DNA of 64,000 nt from Marsupella aquatica. Its lineage: Eukaryota; Plantae; Marchantiophyta. The position numbers were made by a program, and so were the translations under genes. Where the stretch lies: positions 11,213,675-11,277,674 of the forward strand of contig OZ316899.1 of the NCBI GenBank assembly GCA_973895155.1. Reading direction: 5' to 3'. Below, piece after piece: positions 34,639 to 48,200 of this stretch (the first letter of the stretch is position 1; every line of letters starts with the position of its first letter). A model generated the notes under the pieces. It was not told the DNA's origin. It did not search any database and saw only the letters and a list, made by a program, of their open reading frames with translations.

Positions 34639-37600
34639 ATGGGCAAGATGCCCTTCAATCCCAACGAAGGGGAAATGGCAGGGGAGTTCGAACCTTTCCA
34701 AGAAAGCAGACCCAGACTTGAGGCCGAAGAACGAATCGAGAATTCAAGGACTCAAGATAAGGTCGAAGAAAACCTGGAAGAAGCCATGGAACGACTTAAA
34801 ATCCACCAAGGAGCTGGCAGTAGTTCAAGATCGGCTCCTACCAGAAGGGTTAAAATACCCATGTTCAAGGGAGCACCTGATGAAGATGCCGATACCCACT
34901 TAGCATGTTTCGAAGAAATGCTCAAAGCTAACCACGAACAGAACGACACAGCCCGATTAGAGCTGTTTCCCAGCTCGCTGGACAAGGAGGCTTTTGTATG
35001 GTACACTCAATACCCAGCTGACCATTTCAAAACTTGGCCTGATTTTTCAAAAGAATTCTTAGATCATTACAGAAGGGCTAAGGAAGAGTCCGATTTGTAT
35101 AGCATTCTGCAAAACATGACTCAGAAGAAAGGAGAACCACTACAGAACTATATTGGACGGTTAAAGGTAACAATGAGACGATTAACGAATAAACCGTCCG
35201 ATGGGCAACAAATTAGCTGGATGAGAAAGGCTGTGAAGGGGAGTCTAGTCACAGTGGTGGAACAAAATCCCACTTCTAATGCTGATGAATACGAGAAAAG
35301 ATTAATACGGCTAGAGGGCATTACTCAGATGCTTAACCAGGAAAAGAACGAGAGCAGTAAGGATGAAGAGAGGGTTAATCGGAAAACAGAAACTTCTAAG
35401 GTAGAAGTCAAGGAAAACCGAGAGCGAGGTGAGGTTAGTACTCGTAAATTCTGTGAAATACATATGAGGCCTGGACACACTACTCAGGAATGCAACCAAA
35501 ATCCTTTTAAAAAGAAACCTAGCCTAGGTGTAAATCAGGTAGGAACAAGCAAACAAGATGGGGATAGGATGGAGAGTAGCCAGGGATATTACAATCCTGA
35601 TCGTAACGCAAACCGAAGGCCTTATAAGGATGGTGGGGCTAAATACCCACCGATTTGCTATTACTGTCGACTAACCGGCCACATCAGGGGCCCCGATTGT
35701 GAATTATGGATGAAGCATATGAAAGAAAAGGAAGAAATAGCGGGGAAAGCCCCAGCACCTGTGAACACTGTGCAGGTGTCGACATATGTGGTGACAAGAT
35801 CTCAGGGGCAGCCAGAGGACTCAACCCCAACCAATCCCACGGAGACTGAGGGAGGATTCGATTGGAGCCAAATGGACGCAACCACACGAGAAATAGCGGA
35901 TGAAATTCGCCACAAACAGCAGAACAAGACGCTGCCACGGCCTGAACGATTAATGCGTTCAGACCCTTACACAGAGACGGATACTGAAATTCTAGAGGAG
36001 GGAGTGACGATGGGGGGATTCGATCAAGAAACGGGACAACTCCCACGAGACAAAGAACCACCGAATAACCCTGCCGAAGCGAACCAGCGAATAATGGATA
36101 AGCTAGTGCAACTCATCGCGAAGACCAGAGTCGACATCACTGTCGAGGAACTGTTCCAGTTAGCACCACAGTGCAAGGAAGCAGTAATGAGACGGTTGGG
36201 AGGCAGAATTAGTCCTACCACACTGCCAGGGGTACCACTGTACCAAGCTGGGAAGATTCCCCTGATCGACAAAGGAGCCGTAGTACAGATCAGCGTAAGG
36301 GGCATCAAACTGAAGAACGTATTGCTGGATGGAGGGTCAGCCGTAAACCTCATGAGTGAGCAGACCTACAGACTGCTAGGCAGAGTCAAGCTCTTACCGG
36401 CCCCTTTTAATCTGGTAATGGCCGATCAAAGCAGCTGTCACCCACTGGGTTACGTGCCAGACTTACCAATGCTGATTTCAGGCATCAAGTACAATTTAGG
36501 AGTGGTAGTTTTGAGAGAAGCAGATTCTACCCAAGGACAACCCATGTTGTTAGGACAACCTTGGCTAAGACAGGCCAAAGTAAAACAACACTGGGGGGAA
36601 GAGAAGGATTATATAAAAATAGAACACAGAGGAGAGACCTTCAAGATCAGGACCAAGGCCATCGAAGACGGTGTACCACCTATGGCCAGAGTCTGTACTT
36701 TGAACTGGGCAGAGGGGTTGAATGAGGATGAAGAAGAGACCTATTTAAAATGCCGTCTAGACTTAGTACCAATTTCAGATATGGAAATAGTCAAGCTCGA
36801 CAAGATGCAAGGAATGACCAGAGAAAAGATGGATCATGATCTACGAAATGATCTGTTTAAACACATAGACCCGCAAGGCATTCAGGAGTGCTCGTTAAAG
36901 GAGGAAGAAGCACAGACCACCTTGCAGGATCTAGCAGAGAAAGTGGTGGGATGGAGTGCCACCGAGGAAGAGCACATTCAGAAAGTCGATTTGAGTGACA
37001 CCGAACGACCGCGAGAAGTAAAGATAGGAAAACAGCTTTCCCCCGAGCTCAAAGAGGAACTTGTTACACTACTCACCAAATTCCGAGATGTTTTTTCCTG
37101 GGATTACACGGAGTTGAAGGGAGTACCAGAGTCAATTGGCGTACATCAAATCCGACTCGTACCAGGGTCAGTACCGGTGCAGACGCAACGATATAGGATG
37201 AACCCCAACTATGCGGAAAAGGTAAAAGAAGAAATCCAAAGGCTCCTTGATGCCAAATTCATTGAACCCGTTAAGCGTTATACGTGGCTATCTCCGATAG
37301 TCGTAGTACCTAAGAAAAATGGGAAGTTGAGAGTCTGCATTGATTTCAGAAAATTAAACGCAGCTACCATAAAAGACCCTTTTCCAGTACCATTTCTAGA
37401 AGCAGTTCTGGATGTGGTAGCAGGAAAATCAGCTTATTCATTTCTAGATGGGTACAGCGGGTACAGTCAGGTCCGGTTAGCAACAGAAGCGAGGGAGCTA
37501 ACCACTTTCATTACGGAATGGGGCGCTTTCCAGTGTCTCGTATTACCCTTTGGATTATGCAATGGGCCTAGTACATTTCAGCGATTAATGATGATGTTAT

Positions 37601-40600
37601 TTCATGAGTATTTGAATCAGTTTATGCAAATCTTCCTGGATGACTTCACCATATACGGAGAGGAAGAGCAACACATAGGCCACCTCAGATTATGTCTCTT
37701 AAGATGTAGGGAAGGGGGAGTCAGCCTGAACCCTGATAAGTGCACCTTCTTTGTACCATCGGGCAAGATATTAGGACACATAGTTTGTAAACAGGGCTTG
37801 TTAGTAGACCCAGATAAGATAAAAATCATTAAAGAGATGCCAGTCCCCAATAGTGCAACCCAAGTCAGAAGGTTCTTGGGAAGTGGAGGTTTCTATCGTC
37901 GTTACATCAAGAGTCACTCCCAAATCAGTGCCCCATTGGCACGATTAACGGGTAACCATCAAACGTTCACTTGGGATGACGACTGTCAGAAAGCGTTTGA
38001 AGAAATCAAGGACCGGTTGTGCCATGCACCCATACTCAAGGAACCAGATTGGAAGAAGGAGTTCCATCTACATACAGATGCCTCTCTGGTGGCGGTGGGA
38101 GCGGTGTTGGCACAGAAGGGAGAACAAGGTATCGATTTACCAGTATACTATGCCAGTAGACTGTTAAACGTGCATGAAAGGAATTACACTACGACCGAGA
38201 GAGAAGCGTTAGCCATGATATTTGCCGTAAAGAAATTCAGGCATTATTTACTCGGTAATTGCTTTGTGTTTTATGTAGACCACAATGCCTTAGTCAATTT
38301 GGTAAACAAACCGCAGTTGTCAGGCAGAATAGCAAGGTGGATTTTACTGCTAGTAGAATTCGATTACACCATCATTTATAAACCAGGGAAGACCCATGTT
38401 ATACCCGATTATCTTAGTAGATTAGAGTCAGGAGAGACCTGTAAGGAAGGGGATGATCAATTGCCTGATATGGAGTTATTCCAAGGCGATCAAGAGACAT
38501 ACCATGTAAAACTGGTCACCTTAGATGACGAACCGGCGTTAGAAAGGTATTTACGCACAACAGAATACCCTGACGGGTTATCCAGTAAAGAGAGGAAAAT
38601 CTATGCATACAAGGCGAGGCCCTATACTTTAATCAACCACGTGCTTTATTACAAAGGGCCGGATGATATACTACGAAGGGTCATCCCAGAAGAGGAGAAG
38701 CAGGAAGCCTTGATCGCGGCACATGAGGGGCTAGGCGGAGGACATTTCGGCACCGAAATCACCATAAGGAAGATTCTGCAGCAGGGACGCTGGTGGGTAA
38801 CGATCCATAAGGACACTCGGGAGTTTGTGAAGACTTGCGATTTGTGTCAGCGAACGGGCCCAATAAAAGAAAACATGGAATTCCGGCCCATAATAGCGCC
38901 GTACATCTTCCAGAAATGGGGATTGGACTTCATCGGGCCCATTACCCCACCTTCCAGGTATAGCCAGAATCAGTATATTTTGGCAGCAACGGAGTACACA
39001 ACGAAATGGGTAGAGGCAGTCGCAACTCGCGACAACACCGCGCGAGTAACGGCTAAGTTCATATATCAAAACATCATTACGAGGTATGGATTATCGGGGG
39101 AACTGGTAAGCGATCAGGGGTCGCACTTCATGAACAAGGTCATCCAGGAGCTAACCGACAACTATCATATCAGTCACCGGTTCTCAACGCCCTACTACCC
39201 GTAGTGTAACGGACAAGCAGAATCAACGAATAAGATTCTACTCAATGTTTTACGGAAAGTGATTAACAACCAACAGAACGATTGGGACGTTCAGCTACCC
39301 GCCGCAGTATGGGCATTCCGAACGGCGTATAAGGTAACCACGGGCCACACTCCCTTTCAATTAATGTTTGGAGTAGAAGCTCATATGCCAGCAGATTACG
39401 AACTTCCCAGTCTGCAAATCGCCATCGGGTACAACATTAATCATAATCCGTCTTTAAGGAAACGATTAAGGACATTACTGGAGGTAACCGAAACCCAAAG
39501 GAAGGCTGAAGAACGATTAGAATATGTACAAGGACAATGCAAACGACGGATAGACGATCAACGGGATGTCACCACGTTCACTGAAGGAGAATTGGTACTT
39601 TGGTGCCGGAAAAGGGCACGCATAAAAAAAGGGAAGTTAAGACTTAAGTGGGAAGGGCCTTTCACTATACTCAAGGTATGGGGGAATGGAACCTTCAAAA
39701 TTGCCAGCCAGGACGGCAGCGAGCAGCAGCTGGTGAACGGGAACAAAATGAAGACATATCACGTTAGAAACGACGTGTACTTGCGGGAGGTAGAAAGCGC
39801 GGTTAACGACTACCTGGACGAAGACGATGGCGGAAATGACCACGATGCAGTACCAACACGGGCCGAGGATAGCGACCGCTATCAACCGTTAACAGCTACA
39901 CGAAACCGGAATCAAGTAGGGTTAGGGGAGTACCAATCATCTCCCAGAGTCGTGGCTTGTATAAGCGTGGCTCCCTACCCCGCAGCGGCGGAGACCACAA
40001 AAGGGGAAGAACTACCGGCGCACACAGGACCATCCTTGGCTCGCCCGGCCAGGCCAAGTACCACCTCTAACCACTATCGACAGCAGCGAAGGGACCAAAC
40101 AAACGAACAAGTACGGACAGCAGCGATTAAGGGATGTACGCTAGCAGATTACGTGAATGAAGTAGTCCCATCAAGCGGACCGTTTAGTTCAGCGAAGACA
40201 AGCCAAATCAAATCAATTGTACTAGCAACAGAAGATCTATCGGAGATATTTCAAGTTCATGATTGGAAATACAAACTAACGAAAGGACAGGAAGAAGAGC
40301 GGGAACGATTTCCGTATAGGATAGTGATCGTAGGGTGTACTCACGGAAAATCATCCACCTGGATTGTGGATCGGATACTGATAGGACCTAACTCAATACC
40401 GTGCATAGAGAACTACACCACGGGAAAATTACATGTGCTTCTAAAAGCTTACGAGATGGGGGAGTCCGAGAATCAAATACCCCTATCAGCAGGGGAGTTG
40501 CTAAGACGGAAACCCTATTTGCGGTTGGCGCGGAAGCTATGAGTGACTGCAGAGTGGAGCGGCTATCAGCGAGCACTGAGGTTCGAGTGGACAAGAGTGG

Positions 40601-43203
40601 GGAGCAAATATTACACATTGCCTATAGGAATGAAGGTAGTAACCCTCAAGAGAGCAGGCAAATTTGCAGACAAGTACCCCAGGAAACGCACGACGATGGC
40701 AGAACTGCTAGAAACGCCAGCCATGGAAGGAACGACGTCATACACAGAAGAAGAACATGCGAAAGGAATGGAAACAGAGGTGCAAGAAGTCCTCACGGAC
40801 ACGACTATTAACGATCAAGGAGTCGTCGGGAAGCAGCCACCGATCGCCGATAGTGTAGCAGGAGCGGAGACGGAAATGGGAGAGCAAGAACTCAAAATGG
40901 AGCCGGGGTCCGCGCGGCAGGATGTCGAAGCAGAAAAGGAAGTGCCGATCAAGGTACCAGAAGCTCAGGTCGAGAGGTTGGAGGTGCTGTCAGTGGGGAA
41001 CGAAGGACCGCAGGTAAAACAAAAATTTACGCTTGCAGATTGGCTGACCAAAACCGACTCGGAGGTGGAGATTGCGGCAGTCACAGCAGCCATACTTGAG
41101 GAATCGACGCCTCCCAACACGAAGAGAACTCGCCCGAACAAGGTGAAATTTATTAACAAGGAACGGCCCAAGAGGAGAGCGACCGATTCAGAGAAGAAGA
41201 AGGCCAAGATAATCAAACCCGAGGAGGAAAAAGAAGAGAGTAGCTCAGCCAGCGAGGAAGAAGAGCTTGGCAACGAAACAACAGTCCAGAAGAAGAAGTC
41301 AGTTGGATCGAGTAGGGCCCGTCCGAGGGAAGTTTTCCATGTGCTTAAATTCGAAAGGATGGAGCCCCATATCTTGAAGAACATGAGTGACCCAACTCAC
41401 CGGAAGTTCTTACGGTCGCAAGGATTAGAGGATTTTGTGAATTTGACGTGGAGTGTTCCAACTAAGCTACAAGCCGAGAACTACAGCAAATTCATCTCCA
41501 CGTGGAGGCCCACCGAGAACCAAGGGAGATGCAGGGGGCAAATCATCAAGACCGACCCTCGGACATTGCGTGAGTTATTCAGTTTGCCAGAGCGAGGAGC
41601 GGAAATTAAGAAGCGGATGGGGAAGACCTGGCAGCCCGCCTCATTTCCACAGCACAAGGAGGTAGATGACACATGAGGCTATCAGACCAAACACTGCACT
41701 AATGAGAGAATCAAAGAAAGGTTAGAATTCGTTACCCATGCCCTGCATTGGAAACGACCTAGGTCAGAGTACCCAGGATTCATGATAAAAATCATGGAAG
41801 AAGGGAGTGGTAAGCAAAAGAACTGGTCAGCGTTTTTATATGAGGGATTCCATTCGGCGATTAAGCGAGCTCAGCGATTAATAAGTAGCCAGAGCAGTTT
41901 GCCGGTAGAAATTGAATCGCATTTTCAAGTTTTAATAGGAAGTCAACTAAAGGAAGGAGGTAGCAAGAGAGGAAGTCCAGTAGTAGCACGACCCAAGACC
42001 GCAGACAAGACAGAGAAGGTCGAACCGACCGAGAAGCGCAAGAGCGCAAGGCAGGACGACAATGCATACGAGGAAGATAATCAACTAGGAGACGATCGAT
42101 CGCCAATGCGAGTAACGAGGAGGACGGTCACGGAGCAGCCACCAACGAAGGACCAGGAGGGACCAGCTGAAACCAGAAAGTACTCGACGGCAGCGATTGA
42201 AGACGAGGATCTTAATTACGCTTTATCAGCGATTAGAGAAAAAGAGGCACAACTAGTACTGCAGGATGGAGGATTGGAAGGGCTACTAGCTGAGATCGAA
42301 ATGGTACAAAAGAATAGCATTTTCAACGTCATGGTGGGACAGATCGTCAGTCAGATGTCAATTTATCAGGGGATACAAAGTGCTCTATTACAGTTGCAGT
42401 GGGACAAGCATGAAGAAGACATGGCAAGGAAGTTAGCCCAGCAGGAAGAATCGACAAAATGGGCAGTAGAGGTCGAAGGGACGATTAAGAAGTTACTCAC
42501 CCGAAATGCAGAGTTGTTACAAGAAAACGATCAATTAGCGACTAGTGAACGAGGATGGAGGCACGAAGAAACAACCATCAAAGACTTAGCCAAATTCCTG
42601 GGCATCGAGAAGATACAAGCAGGGGGGTTAACAAGCAACTATAGGGAAGTAATCGCGGCCATCCGAGCAGCGATTACCACGGTAAAGATGGAGAAACGAA
42701 AAGCCAACCTACAGACGGAGCAGGGTATAGAGAAGCTAAAGGAGATCGAGAAGTTGAGACTCCAACTCAAAGAAGAAGCAGCACAACAACAGAGCATAGC
42801 CAGCAAGTGGGAAGTTGAACGCCAACGTGTAGAAGAACTGAAGCATAAAATCAAGGATCTGGATACACAACTCAGCCAAGCCACCTTACAAGGGGATCCG
42901 ACGACGGCTTCAGGAGAATCCACGCTGGAGACCGCAAGGTATAAAGAAGCAGCCGAAAGTAGGATCGATCAATTAGAAGTACAACTTGCAGACGCCTTGA
43001 AACAACGACCAGAGGGGGACGAAGTGAACGGGGAGCTGGAACAGCTCAGGTCAGAGCATGACCAATTGTCACAAGAATTGGAAGACAAGGAAAGATCTAT
43101 TCTAGATCTCAAGTCGGAGGTGAGGAAGCTCAAGGCACAAGTCCGAACACAGATCACCCCAATTAAGAAACCAGGTGTTAGCGGGGGCAATGGAGTCGAA
43201 TAA
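34639..43203 (+). CDS. Gypsy B gag-pol plus ~1100-aa extension in one frame (2855 codons, three internal stops)
   Basis: Gag with CEIH..GH...C and CYYCRLTGHIRGPDC, PR LLDGGSAVN, RT FLDDF, RH HTDAS, INT HEG..GH/CDLC and DDE. The four ORF-track segments share a frame; stops at 39202, 40540 and 41674. Confidence 0.93.
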
Positions 43204-43265
43204 GCAGCAACGATTACCGAGCAATACGGACATCAAGGGCGAGTCCGTAGGTAAGTAAAGGAGGA

Positions 43266-45254
43266 TGTAAACGGTAACATTACACCGGTTAAATTATAGT
43301 CCTTTAGTCTTAGAAGCGTCAGCCAGAAGTTAATCCAGGGTATTTAGGGAGCAGCACGCAAGGACCGGTAGCAGTTCATTGCATCATGTTAGAATGGCGG
43401 AAAGGCTAGAATTAGGGGAGGCGACGATCATCGCGATTAGTGGCCGGATAGGAGTAGAGTTCTGTTATGAAGGTTGCGATGGCTTTCTAGCAGATGGCAA
43501 GGTCTGTGCCTTAGGCACAAGGGCTCGACAAAAAAGACAAGAGGGGACCGACATGGGAACCCCTATTAGCCAAAATTGAGTAGGGCATAGGTGTAAACCG
43601 CTAGGCGAAGGAGTGCTTATGTTTATGTTCACCATTTGGGTGAAAGAAGGGAGCTGTCGTGGGTGGGATGAGGTCGGGCAACAATTGTTTGGAATGAAGG
43701 GCAAAGAGTTTCGTCAATGATTCACGACCAGTGGGGCCATTGAGGAATTCTGCAGAAATGTCATGCGGAAGAAGTGGAATCTGGTACTAAGGCAGGATAA
43801 CAACCGTGATCAACGGATTGCATGGCGATTAATCACCGCCGGTCAAGTAATTGTCGCCAACAAAGCGACTACCGCTAAGGAAGGGGACGATAACCTAAAT
43901 GTCATTTCACACTTAGCAGGATTGGCGATCGAAAGTCCGGAAGCTTCCAGTTCAGGCGCCATCAAAGAAGAGAATCAAAGGCGTCGTTGCACAGTTCAGT
44001 AACCACGAGAATCTTCTTGACATGTAAACACGGTTCTTGGCTCGCTCATCGTTCTTGGCAGGAGACAGTTAGAGTTTCTTGGCAGATTAGCGCATGAGAC
44101 CGCGGCTGAAGGGCGAACCGTCCAACTGAAGTCGGCGCGCCCCGGAAAGTAGTTAGAAACCTCAGCAAAGAACGGACGCGAGGCATAGGTATTTAGAGGC
44201 TGTGGAGCGCTAGGCGCTCTGTCACTTTTTGCTAGGAGCTTGGTTGAGAGGTAGAGCCGGACTCACCTCAAGATTACCAGCGTTTTGTATTAGTGTCCCT
44301 ACTCGTTTTGAGTAGTTTTTGATTATAAAGAGATGTGTATGAATGCAATAGAGTGCAGAGGAACTTCGTTACCTTGTGCTTGAGCGGTGAGTAAGAGTCC
44401 AGATTCAACATTGGAAGAATGTTGTGAATCAAGTCAGAAGAAACAGTAACTTTGAAAGTCATTCGAAGAAGGAGAGGCATTCGTGATTAATACTGAGAGT
44501 CGAGGAGTGCGGTTATGGGAGTTCGCGCGAAGTACTCGTTAGGAACATGTGTTAAGTGATTAATCGTAAATTGCTGGGATGAATGGAAATCGTCTCACTA
44601 CGAGTGAGGACCTTACGGTTTAGCACGTTAAGGCAGCGATTTAACAGACAGCTCATGGGAAGCAAGGTCTGGTTGGAGATTGTGTGTATCCAGGACGTGA
44701 CCTTGGTCGTCGTACACCTTCAACATACAGGGTCAACCGTTAAACTGGGGTTCCTACTACGGATACCTCTATTTAAATTGCTTGATTTAGCCAAAGACAG
44801 ATTGATTGCCAGGAAGGCCGATTGAGGGACAGCAGGACCTACCTCGGTCACTACTACTATAACAACCATGAATGTAGACAGTAAGGAGGACAAGCCTTGC
44901 TCCTTGATTAAGTTAAGACCACTGGAATTGTGGATCTGTTCCATCGGTTCCCACCTGATTACCAGAGCGTTACGCCAGGAGAGTATTCCCATCTGTTTAA
45001 TTACTTACCGCTACTGGTGTGGGTTTATCGAGATCATCTACAGAGAGGGTCTGGTGTTGACTGAAGCAGTCGTGCCCAAGAAGTGGAAGGAAGAGTTAGA
45101 CATTATAGAGCACTTGGTAGGATTCACTTACGGGGACTATATAGAGGAAGAGGGGAGTACCCCGCTAGAAGGTCGGTTGATCGTTTAAGCGGGAGATACT
45201 GCGAAGAAGGCAGTTAGACGTCCATTAATCGCAAGTCAAACTGGGCGTTTAACA
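43266..45254 (+). repeat. 3' LTR of gypsy B (1989 bp), with ORF1 43394-44002, ORF2 44583-44825 and ORF3 44868-45188
   Basis: Direct repeat of the 5' LTR, preceded by PPT, followed by TSD. Confidence 0.97.
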
Positions 45255-48200
45255 ATTTCCCACCGCAAATGCAATGAATGATTGGCTACAGAGTATATAT
45301 TTTGGAAGTCTTTGTGATTTCACATCCGGCGAGATAGGACTTAGAATGAGAGTCAGGGGATTTTGTGGTAAGGACTACACAAGAAGGTCAACGTAGGATT
45401 TCCCGCCTAGTACACAAGCTGAATGTAAAATTGAGCAATAGTACCTTCCAGTATTGGCCCCGGTAGCTCCAAGGTCAGACTCCACCAAGCTTGCGCAAAT
45501 GAAACTCAGGTCCAGCCTGTGCTCACTTCATGAGGGCCTTGCAGGATTCAGCTCAACTCAGCTCAGCTTAGCTCCATGTATCTCCACCTGAGTTGCACCT
45601 TTGTTTGATTAGCACTATTGCTATGTAAATAATGGCCATAAGCAAACCGTAAGAGTTTGCAAAATGCTACGACAAGTAGGATTATGAAATTCAATTGTGA
45701 GCAAAGGGAAAATGTAGTATTACTAATACTTCACCTTCTGACTGGATTCTAGAGGATAATTGAATTGCCAATTATAGCAGGATGAGAATGAGTGTGAGAA
45801 AAATGCCAACACCATAGGCAAACAATGAAAAAGTAATAGGGCCGGGCAACGTACTCCGCCTAGCACCCTGCACTTAGGCCACCAACCAGCACTTGGAGCA
45901 ACGGCCTGCACTTTCACGGTTAAACCTACACTTGGACAGTTAAAACATATAAACTTTTATCAGTCTAGGGAAGGGATAAATGCATTCATTTCATATTGAA
46001 GCTCAATTTTTGTTTAAGTCGATTGGAATGATGGCATAATGCCTTATGGCAAAATGCCTTATTCACTTTGCTGAAATTCAGCAGGTCAAAGCAACAGTTG
46101 CAATGAAGGACACTATGTACATAGACACAATTAAGACAAGAATACTTCAATCTACACTGGAATCAAGGTTGCACAACTTACCAGGAAAAAGAGGCAGTTC
46201 AAGCAGGAGCTTTGCAACAAAGGCACCACCACAAAGAATGCTAAAAGATGTCAACCCCCCATAGCTAAAGGTAAACGCTGTGAGCTTTTGAAAACAGACA
46301 AGGCTTGAGGGATTCATCCAATGTCCCACTTCAAGGCAAGACAAACTATTCATCCATCACAATAGTGCTCCATAGGAATGAAACCAACCAAAATTTGGTG
46401 ACCTCGGCCAATGAACAATCTTGCATAGATAGGATTCCATGTTGGAGTAGCTTGACCGATCAGGATATGGATTGGAATTACAATTAGTTAGCTCTTCTTC
46501 TTTGTTTTCTAACTCTGGGGAAATGAGCATGACCAGGGAATTCTCTGAGAAATAGAAGTGCACAGGGAAAATGAAATTGGCTCATTGAGCTGCACAAGAC
46601 CGACCACTGTAGCATACTTGGACAATTGTTTCGCAATCCATAAAATACCCTGACTTACATGCAATGTGTACACAGCTTTTGTTGCCTGTCCCGCAGCTCA
46701 CGATAGTGGCGTTGGGACAGGGTAAGTGAATATTGCCATAGTTGAAGCACATTGAGCTTGCAGCAAGAAGTGAAGGAGCATGGCCAAAAGCAGAAAAGAC
46801 AGACAGGTTTGACAAGAAGAAAACTAACAACCGCCAATGAAGCTGCTCAAATCCGCTGCACAGATCAAACCCTTTGAACTACACAGCCCTCCTTTGAAAA
46901 CAATCCAATGTGCTATGGTTGGTGGATGACAAGGACCGGGAGAAGAGGACCCACCCCATGCTTTAGACCCACCTGAATCATTCAGCAAGCCAGCCAGACC
47001 ACACCATTTCTGCTCCTCTGCCTCTTCACCCCCTCCTCCTCCTAGCACCAATTTCAGTGCTTTGAATTCTGCATTGGCGCCACAGCTTCAACAGCCAGAT
47101 CAAAGAGCGGCTCTTCTTTGCCCTTCAACTCAATCTGCTGCAAATGATAGCAGTCAGATCATTCAATGCAGCACAAACAGAGAAATAGAATACAGAAACA
47201 ACAAATAGAAATTGCGTAGCTGTGTGGCCAAATGAAGCAACAATGCAAACAACAGCTTCAAAAAGAGAGACCAGAGGCAATATCAAAACGGAGCATTTTG
47301 CATCTAAGGCCAACAACGCCGTTGCAAAGATGGTTTAACCTCATTTTGAGTCAAGACTAAAAGCTTTCTAAAGATCTAGTCATTCCGCGATTCCTTAAAG
47401 AAAAACCCGTGATGGACATGCAATGTTGTGCTCAGCAATGAACATAGTAAGGCAATGCAACGGTCATCGTAGCTATGAAGGAGAAATGGTAGTTGAAAGT
47501 CTACCTCAAACAATGGAGTGTATGAATAAGCGCTCAACAAGGTCACCTGAAAAATGATACACAGTTCCTAAAGATGACTCATGAACTGGCAGAAGGGGCA
47601 GCATGGCCAGAAGCAGAAAAAACAGACAGGTTTGAGATGCAAAAAACTAACAGCCGCAATTTTTCTTGAATCTGCTCGCCTCAAACAGTATTGAATGTTA
47701 CTCACCACTCACATAGCTCCCTGTACCGCCTTAAACCCTACCTGTGGTGAGGTGAATTTGTTCCGCAATGCATAAAACACCTGCAACGTGACTTAGATGC
47801 AATTTGTACAAAGCTTGACCAGGTCACTCGCAACTCACGGCAGTGGCGTTTAAGCAAATATTGTGATAGTTGAAGAACACTAAGCTTGCAAGAAGTAAAA
47901 GAGCTTGGTAGTGCGGTAGCAGCAACAACTTACATAGACAATGACCTCCCTTGTGAGACTGTTTGAAAGACCTCAATACAATTACTGAAAGTAGAGGGAC
48001 AAAATAGGGAGAAGCATTTTGCACCTTGGGACGGTGAGGAGTGTAAGCACTTAAGGGAGGGCCCGCAGGAAGGTCACTAAGTCCGAATGAGCCGCAACCT
48101 TATTGCCCAAAACCGCACAAACCCAAAGTTGAAATTAGCACTAAGAGGTAGCAAGCTACAAAAAAGCATTTCCTAGATTCTTAATGCATGGCATTGGAGC

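Larger units (their letters stand above)
31735..45254 (+). mobile_element. Ty3/gypsy LTR retrotransposon B (non-chromovirus, Athila/Tat-related), full length, young
   Basis: LTRs 31735-33714 and 43266-45254 (about 99% identical by eye, one 9-bp length difference), TSD ATTTC (31730-31734, 45255-45259), PBS, PPT AAAGGAGGA at 43257-43265. Confidence 0.97.

Noticed and set aside
40543-43203. Retroviral env gene
   Set aside because: No signal peptide or hydrophobic transmembrane stretch visible; the product is charged and coiled-coil.
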